Origin: an uncultured bacterium
Lineage (GTDB): Bacteria; SAR324; NAC60-12
Assembly (NCBI GenBank): GCA_964010765.1
Contig: CAXGMD010000017.1
Coordinates: 1 to 44,568 of the forward strand
DNA length: 44,568 bases
Direction: 5' to 3'
The notes under the pieces are model-generated. The model was not told the origin of the DNA. It saw only the letters and a program-made list of their open reading frames with translations, and did not search any database. Numbering within the stretch: position 1 is the first letter of the stretch; each line of letters starts with the position of its first letter. The position numbers were made by a program, and so were the translations under genes. This document shows, in pieces, positions 39,462 through 44,568 of this stretch.

Positions 39462-40835
39462 TCAGGAGGGTTTCTCCTCAGTAGTTTCTGATGGATCTGC
39501 TGTTTGTGCAGATGTTTCCGGTTCTGTGTCGGATTCGGTTGGTTCAGTAACCGTGGTCGCTGTTTCGGGATCTTCTATTGCAGGATCAGCCGATACAGTC
39601 TCTGTTTCAATCTCCTCCCCTGGTGAGTCTTCTGATTTAGTTGCTGCTACATCTTCATTCCTGCGAGCTGCTGCTTCAGCAGCAGGAGTTCCCGCAGCAT
39701 GCAGGCCGCTGGTAATGCCGGTGTAGAGCAGTTCTCGCTCTTCCTTGCCTCGTTCCAATTCACGAGTTAGTTGTTCTTCAATGCTGGGTGCTTCTTCTTC
39801 ATCGACAGAGATGTTGATCTTGTAGCCGACAAGTCGAGAAGCCAGACGAACATTCTGTCCTTTGCTGCCGATGGCCAGGGAGAGTTGATCCTGCTTGACA
39901 ATCACGTCAATCTCTCCAGCTTCTTCATCAATTACCAGTTCATCAATCACTGCAGGTGCTAGTGCGTTAGTTGTATAGACAGCCACGTCTTCGTTCCAGC
40001 GGACGATATCGATTTTCTCTCCGTAGAGTTCGTTGACGATGTTCTGCACCCGGCTACCGCGAATACCTACGCAGGAGCCAACAGGATCGACGTCTGGATC
40101 TGTGCTGTAGACAGAGATCTTGGCGCGCTTGCCAGGCTCTCGGGCTGCACTGACGATTTTGACAATACCATCATAAATTTCTGGCACTTCCATTTCGAAG
40201 AGCTTGATCAATAGTCCAGGATGAGTCCTAGAAATCGAAAGCTGGGATGGTTTCTGGGGATTATTGTTCACATCCATCAGATAGACCCGAATGTGATCTC
40301 CGTAGCTGAAGTTCTCTCCAGGAATTTGCTCTCGGCGGAATAGGTAGGCGTCAGTCTTGTCCAAAAAGCGCAGTGCAATCCGACCGTTACTCTCAGTACG
40401 CAGTATAGTGCCAGTCAACACTTCGCCAACTCGTTTCTCGAAGGTGCTGACGATCATCTCTCGCTCTGCTTCACGGATGCTACCGAAGATGATACTGCGC
40501 GCTGATCGGGCAATCCGATTGAACTCTCGTTCGTCAATCAGGTACTCCACCTCATCACCGATTTGTGCTTCTGGATCGATTTCCTGAACTTCATCCAGCG
40601 AGACCTCATTGTCAGCATCATCGACAATATCTACTACTTCCTTGTATTGGAAGAGTTCGATCTGGCCCGTACGTTTGTTGAAGCTGCCTTCAATGGATTC
40701 GTAGGGAAGCTTCCGTTTGGCAGCCTGAACAATGGATTCGACTACCAGACGAATCATGATGTCACGATCCAAGGCCTTTTCCTTGGAAACTTCAGTGATG
40801 ACTTCGAGCAAGTTGTCTCGCAACAGCGACCTCAC
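39462..40835 (-). CDS. nusA: Transcription elongation factor NusA
   Basis: S1/KH motifs SRTHP, AREPGKRAK, GSCVGIRGSR and AIGSKGQNVRLAS. GTG start. Confidence 0.96.
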   Translation of the reverse strand: MRSLLRDNLLEVITEVSKEKALDRDIMIRLVVESIVQAAKRKLPYESIEGSFNKRTGQIELFQYKEVVDIVDDADNEVSLDEVQEIDPEAQIGDEVEYLIDEREFNRIARSARSIIFGSIREAEREMIVSTFEKRVGEVLTGTILRTESNGRIALRFLDKTDAYLFRREQIPGENFSYGDHIRVYLMDVNNNPQKPSQLSISRTHPGLLIKLFEMEVPEIYDGIVKIVSAAREPGKRAKISVYSTDPDVDPVGSCVGIRGSRVQNIVNELYGEKIDIVRWNEDVAVYTTNALAPAVIDELVIDEEAGEIDVIVKQDQLSLAIGSKGQNVRLASRLVGYKINISVDEEEAPSIEEQLTRELERGKEERELLYTGITSGLHAAGTPAAEAAARRNEDVAATKSEDSPGEEIETETVSADPAIEDPETATTVTEPTESDTEPETSAQTADPSETTEEKPS

Positions 40836-40871
40836 GCAGTGAGAAGTAAAGAAAGTCGGCGCCTGAGGAGG

Positions 40872-41336
40872 TCAACCGAACAACATAGGGTCAAGCTGTG
40901 CCTGACGAATTTCTTGAAGCGGGATCTCAAGTAGCGGTCCTTGTTCCGCCTGCAGCACGATGCCCTGATCATTGGTAGTCTGCAGAGTTCCAGTCCAGCG
41001 CTTGTGTCCCTGTTGGCTATTGTGCAGCAGGAGCGTTATGCGCTCTCCCAAAAAACGCTGATAGTGCGCCAAGGTACGCAAGGGACGATCCACGCCGGGC
41101 GTGGAGACTTCTAGTCGATAGGCGCCCCGAATAGGATCTTCATTATCTAGGATCGGCTCGATGGCTCTATTGACCAGCACGCAGTCATCCAGATTGACTC
41201 CCTCCAGACGATCAATCCAAAGGCAGAGGACTTGTTCCTTGCCTTCGCGTCTCCAGTCTAGTTGCAGGATTTCGTAGCCGAGTTGCTCAAGTGGAGGGGT
41301 CAACAGTTGCAGCAGCCGATCGGGCAGACGAGCCAT
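40872..41336 (-). CDS. rimP: Ribosome maturation factor RimP
   Basis: YRLEVSTPGVDRPL motif. Upstream of nusA. Confidence 0.95.
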   Translation of the reverse strand: MARLPDRLLQLLTPPLEQLGYEILQLDWRREGKEQVLCLWIDRLEGVNLDDCVLVNRAIEPILDNEDPIRGAYRLEVSTPGVDRPLRTLAHYQRFLGERITLLLHNSQQGHKRWTGTLQTTNDQGIVLQAEQGPLLEIPLQEIRQAQLDPMLFG

Positions 41337-41418
41337 GCGCAGGTATCAGGACAGAACGCTAAATTGATAAACTGAAATAAATACCACAGCTAATCAGAAT
41401 TGTCGACGGTTTTTCCGT

Positions 41419-43440
41419 CTAGAACTCAAAGGAGGGTCGAGAGAATCCCCAGTTGGCGTGGTTAGGCTCGTGGGTGACCTGCTCATAAAGCCCATCCGGC
41501 AACTCTTCAAGGAAGCGAGAACGCCCACTGTGACTGGGGCCGTAGTAGTTGGCGCTAATAGCTGGAGCGGTCAGGATTAAGCGTCGTTGGGCACGGGTGA
41601 GCGCAACGTAGAACAACCTCCGTTCTTCCTCCAATTGTGCGTTGCTATTCATGCTGCGTTGGTGAGGGAAGAGTCCCTCAGTCAATCCGATCAGAAATAC
41701 GACTTCCCACTCAAGCCCCTTGGCCTGGTGAATCGTGGTCAGGGTCAAGTGCTCCTGATCTTCCCATTCCATCGATTCTCGGTCACTGACCAGGCTGTTG
41801 CCAACCAAGGAGAGTTCATTGAGGAAGGAATCCAGATCTGGATAGTTTCCAGCGAATTCCAGCAGGGACTGCAGGTCAGCCTCACGCTGTGGAGCGTTCT
41901 CGTAGGTATTGCGTAGAACTTCACGATAGAAGTTGAGGTAGACGATCTCGAGCATACGAGACACAGAGGTTTCTGGAACCAGCATTTGTCGAAAACACTC
42001 CTGCAGTTGATTCCAGTCTTCTCTTGCCTTGGCTGGGATCAACTTCTGTAGAGCTTCGTTATTCTGACTCAAGCGGACAGCCTGCTGTTCCTGAAAAATG
42101 TTATAGATCTTGTGGGCCGTGACGTTCCCAATACCACGGACCTGCTTCAGCACCCGCATCCAGGAGATCTCATCCAGAGGATTGAAGAGCACCTTGACGA
42201 AAGACAGTAGGTCCTTGACGTGGGCCTGTTCGAAGAACTTGATGCCTGAATGAATCTGGAAGGGAATGCCAGCTCTGGTCAGAGCAACTTGCAGGATGGC
42301 CGCTTGGGCATGAGTCCGGTAGAGCACGGCCATCTGATCCAGTGGAATCTCCTGGTCGCGGATTTGTAGGATCAGCTCGAGCAGAACATCAGCTTCTGCC
42401 TGTGGATCCCAGACTTGGTGGATCTGAGGGAGTGTCCCATCTGTCAGTTCAGTGAAGAGATTCTTTTCGAACTGCTCCTCGTTGTAATTGATGCTTTCAT
42501 TCGCTACCTGCAGGATCTGCGGGGTACTGCGGTAATTCTGTTCCAACCGGTAAACCTTCGCTTGGTAGTATTCCGGGAAATCAAGAATATTCCGGAAGTT
42601 GGCACCACGCCAGCTGTAGATGGACTGTGCATCATCACCCACCACCATCAGGTTCCGATGAGGACGAGACAGGTAGTCGAGGATCTGAGCCTGAACCCGA
42701 TTGGTGTCCTGGTATTCATCAACCAGCAGATGTTGAATTTGCTGACAGAGTGGCAGTTTGTCGTGATGTTGACGCAGCAGGTCCAGCCAGTTTTCCAATA
42801 GGTCATCAAAATCCATCACCTGATTGCGTCGCTTCTTGGTGCGGTAGCACTTGAGAATTTGGAGCATCGAGTCGAGGTGCTGTTCCAGATAAGCATAGGG
42901 ACTTCGCAGCAGATAGGCTTCCAGCCCAAAATCACGTTCAATGTAAGGTCGTTGTTCCAATAACACAGCCTCACAGGTCGTATTGAAGGCATTGGAAAAG
43001 ACATTGCCGAGTACGGAAGCGTTGGGGAAGTGCTTGGAAGGCTTACCCATCACCTCGGCCAACGCGGCTTTGAGCAAATCCTGTGAGTCGCCACTGTCAA
43101 GAATGCTGAAGTTGTGTTCATACTGCACTTGGGCGGCGTAGCGGCGTAGGAATCGACTGGCAACACTATGGAAAGTGCCGTGTAGCAGTCGAGGTCCACG
43201 ATCCTGCTCGGGCATGAAGTGCGAGGCACGGTGTGCCATTTCATTGGCGGCTTTATTGGTGAAAGTCAGCAGCAAGATTGAGTTGGCGGGTACTCCATTT
43301 CGTAGTAGTTGTCCTACCCGATGAGTAATCACCCGAGTCTTACCACTACCCGCCCCAGCAATCACAAGGGCGGGTCCTTGCTCGTGGAGGACGATCTGGC
43401 ACTGAGCTTCATTGAGGGAATCGAGCAGTGGATTGTTCAT
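41419..43440 (-). CDS. UvrD/PcrA/Rep family SF1 DNA helicase
   Basis: AGAGSGKT, VDEYQDTN, VGDDAQSIY, QNYRST, TIHQAKGLE and EERRLFYVALTRA motifs. Confidence 0.93.
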   Translation of the reverse strand: MNNPLLDSLNEAQCQIVLHEQGPALVIAGAGSGKTRVITHRVGQLLRNGVPANSILLLTFTNKAANEMAHRASHFMPEQDRGPRLLHGTFHSVASRFLRRYAAQVQYEHNFSILDSGDSQDLLKAALAEVMGKPSKHFPNASVLGNVFSNAFNTTCEAVLLEQRPYIERDFGLEAYLLRSPYAYLEQHLDSMLQILKCYRTKKRRNQVMDFDDLLENWLDLLRQHHDKLPLCQQIQHLLVDEYQDTNRVQAQILDYLSRPHRNLMVVGDDAQSIYSWRGANFRNILDFPEYYQAKVYRLEQNYRSTPQILQVANESINYNEEQFEKNLFTELTDGTLPQIHQVWDPQAEADVLLELILQIRDQEIPLDQMAVLYRTHAQAAILQVALTRAGIPFQIHSGIKFFEQAHVKDLLSFVKVLFNPLDEISWMRVLKQVRGIGNVTAHKIYNIFQEQQAVRLSQNNEALQKLIPAKAREDWNQLQECFRQMLVPETSVSRMLEIVYLNFYREVLRNTYENAPQREADLQSLLEFAGNYPDLDSFLNELSLVGNSLVSDRESMEWEDQEHLTLTTIHQAKGLEWEVVFLIGLTEGLFPHQRSMNSNAQLEEERRLFYVALTRAQRRLILTAPAISANYYGPSHSGRSRFLEELPDGLYEQVTHEPNHANWGFSRPSFEF

Positions 43441-43754
43441 GTGGACAGTCATTTATGAATGCAGAGGCGGAGTGTCTTTCGCCTGATGCCCAAGTTCCTG
43501 CAAAAATACATAGATTGAAAATGTACCGGTCCCTGCTAGCGGATCAACTGGGGAACAGCATCGCCTACAGCAATTGCACTTTAGGGTGACATATTAAAGC
43601 ACTTCAGTCTCTCATAACTATAGCCGTTGTGGCAATCCATCACAGAAAATTTAGCAGGGCTCATTGCGGATCTGTAAGGAGATGGTGTTTGTCTAGTTGA
43701 AATGGGTGGGATTGCCTGTGTGCGACCAGCAGAGCTTGGGTAGGGTGAAATCTG

Positions 43755-44495
43755 TTAGGTTCTGATCCAGTAGTACAGGCGGCCGATGTACTCTCGAATT
43801 CCGGATGAGGTCCAGAAGAAGGCTTCTGCATTTGGCAGAAAAGAGAGCCAGTCATATGGGCGATAGAGAAATTTAAAATCGGTTGGATAGGCCTCATTGA
43901 CCACCCCTGCCTGGTTAAAAAGCAATTGGGCCCTTGGTAGATGGAAACTGGAGGTTACGAGGATCACGCTGGAAATTCCATGGGTCTTGGTCAACTCAAG
44001 AACGGCTTGCGCCTCATCTGCGGTGTTCTCGACGATCTCTGTTAAGAGAATCCGATTGGGATCAATTCCCATTTGGATTGCCAGTGTCTTGAGTCTTTCT
44101 CCTTCCGGTGGCAACTCTATCCAGGGGATTTTTCCACGAGTAAAGATGATCGATTCCGCCTTGCCGGCCTCTAGTACCTGAAGTCCTGCAAAGAAGCGAT
44201 CAGTATCATTCCACTGGGTTACCCACTCTTCTTCTGCTTTGAATCCATCGAGCATTCCGCTCAAAACAACCACAGCTTGGTGTTTTTTCAATGCTTCAAC
44301 GGGTTTATAGGGATGCTCTGCTTCTAAGCTTTTCCAGATCAGAAAAGAGGTGAGGGGCAAAGAGAAGATCAGTAGAAAGACTAGCGCCAGTGCGATCCAT
44401 TTGATTTGACGCCACCACAAGCCGATCAGGAGTAGTAGGCAGACTAATCCGAGTGGAGAAACAATGAGCGGTAGAAACTTGTGGAGATAAATCAA
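43755..44495 (-). CDS. YdcF/ElyC (DUF218) family membrane protein
   Basis: N-terminal TM helices, then VVLSG, ENTADEA, LVTSSFHLPRA and REYIG motifs. Confidence 0.88.
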   Translation of the reverse strand: MIYLHKFLPLIVSPLGLVCLLLLIGLWWRQIKWIALALVFLLIFSLPLTSFLIWKSLEAEHPYKPVEALKKHQAVVVLSGMLDGFKAEEEWVTQWNDTDRFFAGLQVLEAGKAESIIFTRGKIPWIELPPEGERLKTLAIQMGIDPNRILLTEIVENTADEAQAVLELTKTHGISSVILVTSSFHLPRAQLLFNQAGVVNEAYPTDFKFLYRPYDWLSFLPNAEAFFWTSSGIREYIGRLYYWIRT

Positions 44496-44568
44496 CGATG
44501 TTTACACGAAGAAGTGACCAATGGATGCAATGCCTTCGAGGAGGACAGATTGGTAACCATCCTCTCTG

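Noticed and set aside
38759..39726. Long plus-strand ORFs opposite infB and nusA
   Set aside because: Antisense shadows of low-complexity coding sequence.
43453..43754. ncRNA or small gene between the helicase and ydcF
   Set aside because: No recognisable RNA family motif or convincing ORF by eye.

Overview
A ~50% GC bacterial chromosomal window. The gene content (Na+-translocating decarboxylase, rhodanese/YeeE, deltaproteobacterial-style rimP-nusA-infB-rbfA-truB-rpsO-pnp block) fits a marine deltaproteobacterium-like organism such as SAR324, but that assignment is inference only. Left to right: nuoN, ahcY plus an MtaD/DadD-like deaminase and a Kef/CPA2 antiporter, a nonsense-disrupted methyltransferase, oadGAB plus an amidase, OsmC, a small accessory block, an LPP20-like lipoprotein cluster, a sulfur operon, an aldo/keto reductase, scpA-meaB, mutL, the infB/pnp operon, a UvrD/PcrA helicase and a YdcF protein. 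I recognised no rRNA, tRNA, CRISPR array or transposase. The main discovery is absent from the ORF track: two tandem polycysteine micro-ORFs on the minus strand (25386-25309 MPFSCKDIRFGTLADCYCCCRLTCC*; 25224-25099 ...VTPCCCCPTCCC*). Each ends Cys-Cys-UGA with a hairpin over the stop codon. They lie directly upstream of two secreted rhodanese paralogs, ChaC, a YeeE/YedE transporter and an unannotated 57-aa membrane peptide with a Gly-rich tail carrying one Cys. This looks like a tandem cysteine-sensing ribosomal attenuator controlling a sulfur-scavenging system. Other oddities: an OadB fused to a signal peptide and a biotinyl/lipoyl-like domain lacking the MKM motif, a MutL with degenerate endonuclease motifs, and an ahcY-deaminase pair suggesting an S-inosylhomocysteine route.
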